In this document: positions 40,690 to 53,865 of the stretch, piece by piece | How the letters are laid out: each line of letters begins with the position of its first letter | Numbering within the stretch: position 1 is the stretch's first letter | Assembly (NCBI RefSeq): GCF_006345805.1 | Contig: NC_043009.1 | Span: 3,782,001-3,846,000, forward strand | Source: Octopus sinensis | Taxonomy: Eukaryota | Length of the DNA stretch: 64,000 bases | Direction of reading: 5' to 3' | The notes under the pieces: generated by a model | Told to the model about the DNA's origin: nothing | Databases searched by the model: none | What the model saw: only the letters and a program-made list of their open reading frames with translations | Translations under genes and position numbers: made by a program

Positions 40690-41909
40690 TGCTTTCTTCA
40701 TCATTATCATCATAATCATCATGAGCAGCAGCAGCCACAGTGGCATTATCATCATTAGCATCATCGTCATCATCATCATCATCATCAACAACTTTATACT
40801 CGTCGTCAGCCTTGTCAATGTCATCATCATTATCGTCGTCGTCGACATGACCACTATTGTTATTATGGATATCTTCAGAGATATTGCCAAGGTTTTCATC
40901 CCCACCACCACCACAACCACCGGCATGACCACCACCACCACCGCCATCATCACCACCACCATCACCACAACCTTCACCACCACCACCACCACCACCACCA
41001 CCACCACTACAACCACCACCACCACCACCATCACCACCACCGCCATCATCACCACCACCATCGCCACCACCACAACCACCACCACCACCGGCATCACCAC
41101 CACCACCACCACCACCACCACCATCACCACCACCACCAACAACACCACCACCACCAACAACAACAACACCACCACCACCACCACCACCACAACCACCACC
41201 ACCACCGGCATCACCACCACCACCACCACCACCACCATCACCACCACCACCAACAACAACCACCACCACCACCAACAACAACAACACCACCACCACTACA
41301 ACCACCACCACCACCGGCATCACCACCACCACCACCACACCACCATCACCACCACCACCAAAACAACACCACACACAACAACAAACACACACCACCACCA
41401 CCCCCAACCCACCACCACCACCATCACCACCACCACCACCACCACCACCACCACCACCACCACACCAACAACCACCACCACCACCACCAACAACAACACC
41501 ACCACCCCAACAACCACACCACCACCACCACCACATCCCACCACCACCCACCCCCACCACACCACCATCACCACCACCACCACCACCACCATCACCACCA
41601 CCACCAACAACACCACCACCCACCAAACAACAACACCACCACCACCACCACCATCACCACCACCACTACCACCACCACCACCACCACCACCACTACAACC
41701 ACCACCACCACCGGCATCACCACCACCGCCACCGTCCCCACCACCACCACCACCACCACCACCATCATCATCGCCGCCGCCGCTGCCAACTACATAATAA
41801 ATATACCTTCCTACTCTTGTTTTTTCCCTCCGCCGCTATCTACACATTCTCGATATTAAAATCGTGTTATAACAAAACACATATTTTCCACAATTGCTGC
41901 TGCCTCTAT

Positions 41910-41940
<31 letters not shown>

Positions 41941-41960
41941 TGTGCAGTTGCAGCAGCTTG
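40690..41960. repeat. Cryptic trinucleotide mosaic (CAT/CAC/AAC/CTG) with higher-order units
   Basis: The motif ACCACCGGCAT recurs at ~40915, 41085, 41202, 41310 and 41710. Confidence 0.9.
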
Positions 41961-42263
41961 CTTTTGTTTGATCTTGTTCTGGTTCATAACTATTTTTCAC
42001 CGTTGATATTTTGATTGATTCATGTTTTCGTTTATGTTTGTTTGTGTTTTTTTTTTCCCTCATGGTTTTTTGCTTCTATTTTTGGAAATCGTTTTAAAAA
42101 CACTTATCAACAGACTACAACGTTAACAACAATAACTACAACAACTACAATATTAGCAATAGCAACAACAACTGCAACTAAAACATCATAGACGAAAACA
42201 AGCATCAACGTTTATATATATGTATATATGTATGTATATGTATGTATATATATTATATATGTC

Positions 42264-42358
<95 letters not shown>

Positions 42359-42501
42359 GTTATAGTAAAAACAACACAACGAAACAGAGAAAATGTATAT
42401 AACTCAGAACAATAGAACAATACTAACAAAAACGGGATATAAGCTTACAAAAGACATTCAGATTGACTGCTGGGAGACCTGGTAGAAATAGCAACCAAAT
42501 T

Positions 42502-42734
42502 AAGGCGGCGAGTTGGCAGAAACGTTAGCACGCCGGGCGAAAAGCTTACCGGTATTTCGTCTGCCGTTACGTCCTCAGTTCAAATTCCGCCGAGGTCGAC
42601 TTTGCCTTTCTTCCTTTCGGGGTCGATAAATTAAGTACTAGTTGCGCACTGGGGTCGATTTAATCGACTTAATCCCTTTGTCCGTCCTTGTTTGTCCCCT
42701 CTATGTTTAGTCCCTTGTGGGCAAGAAAGAAATA
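42502..42734 (+). mobile_element. SINE family B with 16-bp TSD
   Basis: AGAAATAGCAACCAAA (42484-42499) / AGAAATACCAACCAAA (42735-42750). Confidence 0.9.
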
Positions 42735-42820
42735 AGAAATACCAACCAAAGGATACATTACGAAACTGAGCAGAAGTAAAACAGATAAAATTTTATAGAC
42801 ACAAATCAAATAATGTGTAT

Positions 42821-43030
42821 CAGCGGTTCTCAACTGGAGTCCACATGGCTCCTGAGGGTCAATATCAGATTTTTCGGGGTCCACGCAGCAAAATAGTAAA
42901 TTTGTGGGTGGAGTTCACAGTAGAATTTTAAGGGCTCCGAAAATGTCTTGCTTTAGATGTATGTATTGGAATGTATTGCAAGAAACAGCTAAGTTTTTTT
43001 TATTTAACATTTTACATAGTTCAAACTACA
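42821..43030 (+). mobile_element. hAT-like MITE left portion
   Basis: CAGCGGTTCTCAAC terminus typical of hAT elements. Right TIR not found. Confidence 0.5.
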
Positions 43031-43038
43031 AAAGCCAA

Positions 43039-43426
43039 TACTCTTTTACTTCTTGCAATCATTTGACCGCGGCCAAGCTGGTGCACCGCCTTTTGTCAAA
43101 GCAAATCGAACCCGGGACTTATTCTTTGCCAGCCTAGGACCTATTATATCTTTTTTTTTGCCGAACCGCTAAGTGACGGGGACATGACCACACCAGCATC
43201 GGTTGTCAAACAATGTTCGGGGGAAAAATACAGACACACAAACATACACACACACACACATATATACACATATATACAAAGGGCTTCTACCAAATCCACT
43301 CACAAGGCTTTGGTCGGCCCGAGGCTATAGTAGAAGACACTTGCCCAATGTGCCACGCAGCGGGACTGAACCCGGAATAATGTGGTTATTAAGCAAGCTA
43401 CTTACTACAGAGCCACTCCTGCGCCT
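43039..43426 (-). mobile_element. SINE family A, full length
   Basis: Head AGGCGCAGGAGTGGCT through tail. Confidence 0.9.
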
Positions 43427-45468
43427 GTGTGTAAAAAATAGGAGCAAATTTCTGTAAAACTGACCTTTAAACATCGAATGGCTACGATTTCCATCCAAGT
43501 AAAATAGTAATCAAAAGGGTTCATTGGTAAAAATGATTGGTCTACATGAAAGTCATAAGATTATGTGACATATTTTGGGGATATTATTAACATCCACAGA
43601 AATATCTGAATAACACAGATTCCTTTGATAAAAGTTGTAAACGTCAAACATTACATTAAAGAAATGCATATAATCAATTGAGTCGGCGTTAGTCCATAAA
43701 GGATACTTATGCTTGTGTACATATGGTAATGAAATGTGAGAGTAAGCCGAGAAAGGCTTGAATCTAGGTTATAACGAATGCTGATAGGGTTTTCCTATCG
43801 CAACCAGCTGCAGCAAATTCATCGCGTATATATATATTCGTATTTGTGTGGACACATGGAAATGACATTTTCATTTCGTAGACGAAAGGGAATTAGAAAG
43901 TGTTGAGCTTCATGCTATCCTAAAGTTATACATAACAGGTTTTAAAAGGCAATCGATCTATGTGCTTCACGGGCCACCAAAATATTATTGAAGCACTCAG
44001 GCTACCTGGTGTGTCTAGCAGGTAAACCTGACTCAGTTCATACAGTGTCACTGTATTTGGAATAACAAATGGTTGTTTAAAAAACATCTATTATCATAGG
44101 TATACTCGGACAAATCTAAACAGGGGCTAAATAATAACAATTTAATTAATGTTTTCTATGGCGCATGATAGCCGTCTTAAAAATTAAAACCCTGTCTTCT
44201 AAAGCATTCGCACGAGGTCAATCATGCGTAAAGTGAATTGATCCAAATCTACAGCTATACGTCAAATGAGGATCGATTCTGTAAAAGGTTACTGCTGGAA
44301 ACTTTGTAATGCATAGCGACGTGCTCGGGTTCGCCCCCACTCTCAGATTCGGCAAAAAGAGAGACAGGCTGGGTGACAAATTAGAATCTTAATAGAAAAT
44401 ATCTTAAATGCGATGGAGTTGTTATGCTTTCGCTCAGCTTGTTGTTAGTAACAAACAACCTTCTTCCTGAAATCACATGTCTCACTGTCTTTTAAAAACA
44501 TGTTGATGGTATCTGTATTCCTAATAGAGGATCAGTGCCACCGAGATTACCAAGATCAACAAAATACTTCATTGATTGCCGGAAAAATATTTGATTCTAT
44601 ACCGGACAGGCACCGATTGTCTAATACTGAGACGAACGGAAGAGATAAATGGAAACATTCATGTTCTCCAAAGTATAGATATGCACTGGTGAAGGCATGT
44701 CAATTATTTATAGAAAATCAAGGTGTTGCAGACTGTGAGAGTCATTCTAGATTTAATTGTTGCAATATCATATCTGTCCTGGTATTATAAAAGGACCGGG
44801 TGCATGACGAGCGGCATTTGAACCTAGAACATAAAACAATATCGTGAAATAGAGCGACGGCGATTTGTACCACCACACAGTCCTTCAGTGAGTAAATATT
44901 GGAATCACTTTTACTGGGCTACTTTAGTTTATGTTGTACAAATTGATGTTTGATGTGTTTATTTGGGCTGAGCATTTGTTTTTGCATTAACAAGACGCGT
45001 ACAATTACATAACTGTATTACAATGGCCGCTTCACACTACAGCTACCACCACAAGAACAACAATAACAAAAACATCTAGCATCAATAACAGTAACAATAG
45101 GAAGAAAAAAACAATGGGAGAGAAAGAGAGAAAAACGAAGATAGACAGAAGAATAGAGATAAAAGTGAGAGAGAGAGACCTAAGTAGACACATATAGTGT
45201 AATATGTTTATATATATGTATATATATAAACATGTATATATATGTATATAAACATATATATATATATGTATATATATATATACATATCATTATATGTGTG
45301 TGTATATGTTTATATACTATTTATGTAGATATGTATGTGGGTATATATATATATGTATATATATACATATATATACATACATATTATATATGTGTATATG
45401 TTTATATAGTATTTATGTACATATGTATGTGTGTATATATATATACATATATATATTATATACATATA

Positions 45469-45507
<39 letters not shown>

Positions 45508-45532
45508 CGTATACATACATACATATATATAT

Positions 45533-45568
<36 letters not shown>

Positions 45569-45577
45569 ATTATATAA

Positions 45578-45625
<48 letters not shown>

Positions 45626-46100
45626 ACAAACATATATACATATAAGAGAGAGAGAGAGGATGAAAAAATTCCTTAAAAGTGTATCATAAAAAAATTAACA
45701 TTTTGATAAGACTTTTTGAAAGAGACAAAGAATGAAAAAAATAACAAAATGAATAGTGATATTAAAACACAATGTAAAAAATACAATATGGATATTTCTT
45801 CGATGTCTTTATCTTTTGGCCAGTAATATTACACTGATATCATTCAAACTATAGTGGCTGCTTCCTTTTCTTCTTTCTTTAGCGTTTTCTTTGATCATTT
45901 ACCGTTTCATTCCATCATTTTTTTTTATCTCTGAATATTCTTTTCCCCTTCATTCTTCATTTCATTTCTCTCTTTTTCTTTCTCTATATCCTTCTTTTTC
46001 TCATTCTTTCTCTTACAGCTTCTCAATATATCTATTCATCTATCGTTCGTCTGCCAGTTTAACTCTTTCAGTTTCACCTCGCTGTTTATATTTACATCTA

Positions 46101-46163
<63 letters not shown>

Positions 46164-46982
46164 CATATATATATATATACACACATATATATATACATAT
46201 ATATATATACATATATATATATCATATATGTATACTAATATATATATACGTATACACACACACACATATATATGTATATGTATATATACATATATATCTA
46301 CCTATCCATCAATCTATCTGCCTATCACACTCAATAGTTCTACACATTCTTCCCTTCTTTTGTTTGTTGCTTATTTCATTAATTCAATATTTAGTTATCT
46401 TGATGGTAAGTGCCGTCGGAGTGAAGGCGATATAAACTCTGTGCTGTAAAAGCGAAGACAGAAATCTGGTTTCGATCGCGCATTAAAGCCAAATCTCTCC
46501 AACGACACTTTAATCTCAAATGTTTTGGGGCTACATACACAAAACTTCCTCAGCTGCCTTTATTCAATCGTTTTAAACTATTCAGCGTTCTCTTACAAGT
46601 CAAAAGATTCAAAAACTCATGTTCCTTTGTATAAAAAATAAACTATACAAATATGAATTCACTACATAAGCGTGATGCTGTTACATAATTTTCTTCTATG
46701 ATTCCACATTTTCAACATTTCTTCTATTTGTATTTTTATTCTTACTTTAGAAATTATGCTACATTTTAAAAATATTTTCTGTGACACATTTAAATGTTAC
46801 CCTTTACACAATGAAATCACTGATGTTGTTATGACTACACATAACATTCTTTTACTTACTCGTGAGTACAACTGCGTCCTCAGAAATCGCAATCACTTCT
46901 GCTCTCTCATTTTAACACGAATTCAATTGTCGCATTTCTTTCATGTCCAACTATCCACACATAAAATTCCTTTGTAACATTA

Positions 46983-48460
46983 CACCCAGAACCACGCTAA
47001 TAGCTTAGGTGAGAAATTTAGGATTTCTTGAATTTCTGTGAATCGATTTCGATAAAAAAATTTTCCCAGCTGGTTTGCACACTATGGCAACGCCATTGTT
47101 ATATTCTCATTATTCTTTGTAGCGTCCTTTCCTTTTAATTTCAGATTCTTCGGTTTTTGGGTGAACCATGCCTTTAAATGAAAATAGCCCATCAAGACAT
47201 TTGTTTTCAGAAATTGAAGGGTAATGATACAAATTTAGCATACATTTAGTAAATATTTAACAGAAAACCATAATGATATTATAACATTTGTTGACATTAT
47301 GAATTATTTAGCCACATGAGCGCCATTTTGAAGAGTAACTTCAAAAACTCTATTAGTCATGAAATATGTCAATTTCTTAATAGTCGAGGGTTGGACTGCC
47401 TCTTCTGCAGCTTTGATGGTCACCCATAAGGCATCTTTCGGTGTAAATTGGCGTCATCGGCATAAACATTTCGTTTAATGATGGACTAAAGATTTTTGAT
47501 AGGGATGAGCTACGGAGATGTTAGCGGCCACACCATCAACCTTTCAATTTCTATACCATAAAACCATAGCAATGTTTGGATCGGCCTATCAGAGTGGGAG
47601 GGAGCGTATTCATTCACGAATACGAGATTCCTTAGAAGTGACAGCAGTATGTACTTTAGCCAAGGATTCAAGACCTCCTTCAGGAAATTGCAATAGGCGG
47701 CTACGGTCAATTTAACCTCTTCAGGCACCCTGACTGGGCCAACAAGTTTATCTCTTATGATACCAGCCCACAACGTGACTCCATCGCCCTGTTGTTGACG
47801 TCGTAACACGTTAGTGATGCTCAGCTCCCTAAGTTCGACAAGGGTCACCTTGGTTTCGTCAGATCACAACTCATGTCTAACGTCATGTACTTTTGGGCCC
47901 ATTGAAGCCTCAAACTCCTGGGTGGAAGTAGTTCGAGGGGTTCTCGCACGGAAGCCATAGAGCTGAGGATGCGATTTCTGGTTGTTTTCGGTGCGTGAGC
48001 AAGTCTGGAGACAGACGAAAGTGGCGTTGCTTGTTTGCCCAGATTTCTCACGTAATTTGCGGCCAGTATCCCTTAAATCCCTAGCTATCACAGTCTTGGA
48101 GGTTCTACAAGTGGATCGTTTCTTCCTTGGCGATCAAGTAGCAAAATTATTCTTTATGTCAATAAATGTTATATTATCATTATGGTTTTCTGTTAAATAT
48201 ATACTCAATTTACGCATGATATCTATCATTGCACTTCATTTTCTGATAAAATAAATCTCTAGATGGGCTATAAGTGTGGTTCACCCCAAAACTGAAGAAT
48301 CTGAAATAAAAAAGAAAGGATGTTACGCAGAATAATGAAAACATAACAATGGTGTTGCAATAGTTTGAAAACCAGCTGGGAAATGTTTTATCAAAATCGA
48401 TTCACAGAAAACCGAGAAATCCTAAATATCACCCCTGAGCTATTAGCGTGGCACTGGGTG
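46983..48460 (-). mobile_element. Full-length degenerate Tc1-family DNA transposon (~1.48 kb)
   Basis: ~120-bp TIRs (46983-47102 / 48343-48460) beginning CACCCAG. TA TSDs at 46981-46982 and 48461-48462. Confidence 0.92.
47304..48250 (-). pseudogene. Tc1 DDE transposase pseudogene
   Basis: RLQWAQKYM; RRQQQGDGVTLWAGII..LVGP; FVNEYAPSH (decayed FMHDNAPSH); LMVWPLTSP..PIKNL. Multiple stops and frameshifts. TAA at 47304-47306. Confidence 0.88.
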
Positions 48461-48709
48461 TATATGTATCTGTCCTTAAATTCATATTTAAATATATCAT
48501 TTATCTAAGAATACTGATTTCATTTATCTAGAAACACTGATTTAAACGAGCGGTCATATAAAAACTTGTGCTATGAAAAGACTTTTGATATCCTCTTGGA
48601 AAACTTCATCGCCGAACGAGTAAGCGTAGGAACATTTTTGGAATGATTCGAAATTATAACTTTTCCTTATATTATAATACAAAATATTTTCATATCTGTG
48701 TTTGTTTAG

Positions 48710-48779
48710 ATATTAAGATTGAAGAAAATTTGGTCTTGTTTTTAAAAGATAATGGACCTGAGTTTGCACCCCTAAGCAG
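48710..48779 (+). other. Candidate 70-nt exon (unconfirmed)
   Basis: Acceptor TTTTCATATCTGTGTTTGTTTAG, donor CAG|GTAGGT, open frame (x)IKIEENLVLFLKDNGPEFAPLS(R). No homolog recognised. Confidence 0.25.
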
Positions 48780-49580
48780 GTAGGTTTGGAGATAAATCAA
48801 GTGGTGAAGATAATTTCTCTTTCTCTTTCTCTCTCTCTCACTCACTCCTACTTTCTCGCCCCGCTGCATTTCTGTTCGTCTGTCTGTCTGTCTGTCTGCC
48901 TGTATGTATGTATGTGTCTCTTTCTTTCTCGATCGGTTACACTGCGCTTCTATAAAGCTTGGTCAGGATCCTTCACAAGACCCCTTTTCTTCGAAAACAG
49001 AAGAGGGCTAATGACTGACGGGAGGATAGCAATTTCTATTCGAGAAAAACTGATATACCAATGGAAAATTCAAATACTCACAGATGAGCAGTATAGTACG
49101 AAACAGACGTTAAGACGAAATACACAAATGTATTTATCATGACACACATATTGCATTTAACTGACCACACGTTTATTAATATATCTGTTATTATTTATGC
49201 TCTTTGAGTCCCTCAAGCAGCAGATATTTATAATTGAACGTATTGCTGAAGAAGGCTGAATTTCTTCGACGCATACATAATTTATTTTGATAAATTAGAA
49301 ATAATATTAATATAATTATGCTTTCTTTCTAAACATTTGATTCTTACTTTAGCAATGATGTACGCCTTCAGTATAGAGTAATGGAAGTGAATACAGCCGA
49401 TAAATTAATTACGTTGTGTAAATAATAACTGTGTTCATTTAAAATCCCCCTGGTTGAAAGTGACAAAAATTACTTGCTTGTTTAATTTGTTATAATAGAT
49501 TAATTAAATATCTACCCTGCCATTATTTATGCTGACAACGCACAAAATAGCGAAACAGGTTGTTTATTGGTATAAATCTA

Positions 49581-49814
49581 TACTCTTTTACTCTTTTGCT
49601 TGTTTCAGTCATTTGACTGCGGCCATGCTGGAGCATTGCCTTTAGTCGAGCAAATCGATCCCAGGACTTATTCTCTGTAAGCCTAGTACTTATTCTATCG
49701 GTCTCTTATGCTGAACCGCTAAGTTAGGGGGACGTAACCACACCATCATCGGTTGTCAAGCAATGTTAGGGGTTAAACACAGACACACAAACATACACAC
49801 ACACACACACATAA

Positions 49815-49894
<80 letters not shown>

Positions 49895-50058
49895 CGATGG
49901 GTTTCTTTCAGTTTCCGTCTACCAAATCCACTCACAAGGCTTTGGTCGGCCCGAGGCTATAGTACGAGACACTTGCCCAAGTTGCCATGCAGTGGGACTG
50001 ATCCCGGAACCATGTGGTTCGTAAGCAAGCTACTTACTACACAGCCATTCTTACGCCT
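49581..50058 (-). mobile_element. SINE family A, full length, with expanded internal microsatellite
   Basis: Head through tail. (CA)n(TA)n ~49785-49893. Confidence 0.9.
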
Positions 50059-50459
50059 ATTATATATATATATGTCTATTTCCGCCCCATAGATTGACGA
50101 CTCAATAAACAGAGATAGACAAAATGATATGTTAAGTAGGATATCGAAATGTGAACTGGGGTTGATACGATTGGTTAAAACGTCGAATCAGTTGCGCCAT
50201 TACCGGCATACTAGAATGGCCGATGCCACGGGGGAAAAAAAACCCCCAAGGAAGCAAAACAAAGAAACAAAATCAGCCAACCTGGAACTCAGAATGTCAA
50301 GAACGTAAACAAAAATACCGTGAAGAATTATAATTGGCGCCTTACCGTTCTTGGCATCCACCTTCAATTTAATAACAATCTCTTCCATTGGACTTCTGAT
50401 CCTTTCCTAAATAACTGCGGTGTTCACTTTCGTTTATACTTTCTTCCGCTCTTACATTG

Positions 50460-51130
50460 AGCGCTACCTATTCGCTTTCTATCTTTCTGTCTCCCTTCCT
50501 TCCTTCCTTCCTTCCTTCCTTCCTTCCTTCCTTCCTTTCTTCCTTCCTTCCTGTATTTCTTTCTTTCTTTCCTTTTTTTCATTTCATTCTTACTTTGTCT
50601 CGCTTTCTTCCCTTCTTTCTTTCATTCTTTCTTCCTTTCTTCCTTTCATTCAGTATTTCTTTCTTTATTTCTGCCTTTCTCTCTTCCTTTTTTTCTTTTT
50701 TTCTTTTCCTTCTTTATGCCTATCCTTGATCCGTTCGTTCATTTCTTTCTTCTATCTCTCTTTCTTTCTGTCTTTCCTTCTCTATGTCAGCTTTTCTTTG
50801 ATTCGCTCTTTCTTTCTTTTCATCTGTTTCTCTTTCATTCTGTCTTTCATTCATTCATTCGTTCTTTCTTTCTTTCTTTCTTTCATTCTTTCTTGCTTTA
50901 TGTCTTTTTTCTGATTTACTTTGTGTCATTCTTTTTTTCTTTGTTTCTTTCTTTCCTTCTTTCTTTCTGTCTGTCTTTCTTTCTTTCTTTTTTCTTATCT
51001 ATTGACTTCTAGTCTTATTCTATATCTTCATTCACCTTCCTCTCCTTCCCTGCCTTACAACTTACAGTCTTCTTGCCTTCTTAAATTATTCTCTTTCTCG
51101 CGTCTTTCTTTCTTCATTTCTTTCTACCGT
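50460..51130. repeat. Polypyrimidine low-complexity tract (TTCC/TTTC)
   Basis: Direct reading. Confidence 0.9.
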
Positions 51131-51298
51131 CTCTTTACTTGCTTCAGTCATTAAACTGCAGCCATATTGGTGCACAACGTTGAAAAATTTTAGTCGAAAT
51201 TATCGATACGAGCACTTATTATTGATTGTAAAGCTTGGTACTTTATCTATCGGTTCTCTTTTGCTGATCCTCTAGGTTACAGGAACGTCAAAACACAT
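51131..51298 (-). mobile_element. Old SINE family A-like 3' fragment
   Basis: CTTCAGTCATT..GCCATATTGGTGCAC..CTATCGGTTCTCTTTTGCTGA. Confidence 0.65.
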
Positions 51299-51495
51299 GC
51301 TCGGATATTACCCTTCTCGAACAAGCTTGTATAGCATATCGTGTATTACACCGCAATCTTCCAGCATCGAAAATAAAGTTGCATTGTAGTACATGGCATG
51401 CAATATAAGCTCGCCTGACTACGATTCTATCCGACCATGAAACTTAAAGTAGCTCACTTTTAAACCATGTAAATATTGATATTATTCTATCGTAG

Positions 51496-51695
51496 ATAGG
51501 AGAGGACTTCCTTGTTTGTTGTTTTAAGACATTAGAGAGCCCTTGAGGAAGATTAATTTACATATTGCTTGGATAATCTGCATTCACCAGAGATTTCCAT
51601 CTCCCTCTTACTTGTTGACACCACCAATAACGAAACATTACGCATACTATATTTATTTGTATGTGTGTGTGTGTGTGTGAGCGTGAGTGTGTGCA

Positions 51696-51730
<35 letters not shown>

Positions 51731-52263
51731 GAGAGAAAGAGAGAGAGAGTTTGTGTGTGTGTGATAGATTCTCTTTTCCCGGACGAAAAATGTGCATTCA
51801 GAGAAATATATTGTTAATTATGTTCCATGGACATGCATCTTTCCCTCGATGCCTGCCGGAGGCTTGCAAACCTTTTAGCAAAGGGGACAATTTGAGGATT
51901 CAGTTTGCTCGGGCGCTTGTGGACCATTTACCACATGTTCTCTTGGGTTGACGGCATCGTCTGCTTTGCTCCGTGCTACAAGATCACGTAAACAAGAGAG
52001 ACAGAGAAAGGCAGAAACAAGGAAAATGCCACTTATATGTGAACACTATACAAATATTCTTTTAAAAAAACTTTTCCTTTAATTTTTCTAAATTTAATTA
52101 TTTAATCGTTACAGTTGAAAAGGTCTCAAATGACTGAAACCGGTACTGAAATGTTCTTTATAAAATTATTTAAGCATTTTCTTCTCGACTTCTTTTTCAT
52201 ATATATCAAATCGTGTGTTTCTTTTCATCCTTATATATATATATTTATATATATATATGGGTA

Positions 52264-52294
<31 letters not shown>

Positions 52295-52917
52295 ATGTAT
52301 GTATGTATGTATGTATGTACGTATGTGCGCATGTGTGTGTGAGTATGGATGTGTGTATACGACGGGTGCTGTTTATTCAACATATTCTCCTCTGAGATTC
52401 GCTCAATTATAGTAGCGATCCTTCAGGTTTTGTAAGCCCTGTAAACAGTCTCTGAATGTTGGGGTCCCGACCAGGCCCTTCGCGATAACGTTAAGGCCAG
52501 GAACTTCTCAGCACCCAACCCCTAGTATACATATACATACACACACATATATATGTGCATACAACACAAACATATATGCATGTAATATAGATATATATAG
52601 GTGTGTCTGTATGTATGTATGTATGTATGTATTATATATGTATGTTTATATGTATGCATGTATGTATGTCGTACGTAAAATAAGATTGACTGAGTAGTTC
52701 TGATGCGATTGAAACACGAGTGTTGTTATCATCAGTTGTTTATAAAAACGGATCCAAGCCTATCTTCATTGCTATATTGCTTACAGTTTCCAGAAATTCT
52801 GATGGCATAGGAGTGGACTTCCTTGTTTGTTGTTTTCAGACATTAGAGAGCCCTTGAGGCAGATTTATCTACTTATTGCTTGGATAATCTGCATTCACCA
52901 GAGATTTTCATCTCCCT
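51496..52917 (+). repeat. 111-bp direct repeat pair (51496-51606 and 52807-52917)
   Basis: About 92% identical by eye, offset 1311 bp. Confidence 0.9.
51820..51990 (-). mobile_element. Possible decayed RTE C-terminal zinc-finger fragment
   Basis: Minus strand translates NCPLC*KVCKPPAGIEGKMHVH, resembling the CxxC...HxxxH tail of RTE ORFs. Confidence 0.35.
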
Positions 52918-53019
52918 ATTTTGCATATGCCATTTTATCTCTTCTACTATTCATTCTCAATGGTTTCCTACACATCTCAGTGTCTTAGTTACACTCTTTC
53001 TCTGTCTCTGTCTCTCTCT

Positions 53020-53030
53020 CGCTATATAAG

Positions 53031-53075
<45 letters not shown>

Positions 53076-53453
53076 GCCATGCATCCTTCCTTCTATCCCT
53101 CCATCTAAATTATTATCTATCTATCCAATTAATATAGGTATGTACAATATATATGTGTGGTTATGTGGTTGTGCGTATGTATCTATATACATATATAAAC
53201 ATAAACATGCATAGATCATTCTCTCTACTTATCTGTCTCTGTTTATCTCTTTATCTATATACCGCTCAATCAATACATATATGAATACATACACACACAC
53301 ATATAAATATATATACATTTACATATATATACATATATACACACACACATGTATATATGTGTCTGTCTCTCTATCTATCTTTCGATCTAAGTCTCTCTGC
53401 CTCTCTTTGTATATATACATATATATATATATACATACATAAAACATATATAT

Positions 53454-53496
<43 letters not shown>

Positions 53497-53582
53497 TATA
53501 TACAAAGAGAGGCAGAGAGACTTAGATCGAAAGATAGATAGAGAGACAGACACAGATGTATATTATATATGCAGATAGATAG

Positions 53583-53646
<64 letters not shown>

Positions 53647-53823
53647 CTGATAGGCAGGTAGATAGAGAGATAGACAGACAAACTGGCAAACTGACAGACA
53701 GACAGATAGATAGATAGATATGTATGTATATATATATTTCTCTATCTGTCTATATTTCTCATACACGCATACACATATAAACACGCAAAAAAAAAACATA
53801 CACAGATACTCAATAGCAAATAA

Positions 53824-53865
<42 letters not shown>

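Noticed and set aside
40565-41797. 353-aa Gly/Val and 358-aa Thr/His ORFs
   Set aside because: Stop-free only because of GGT/ACC triplet composition. Open on both strands and in several frames, with no domain.
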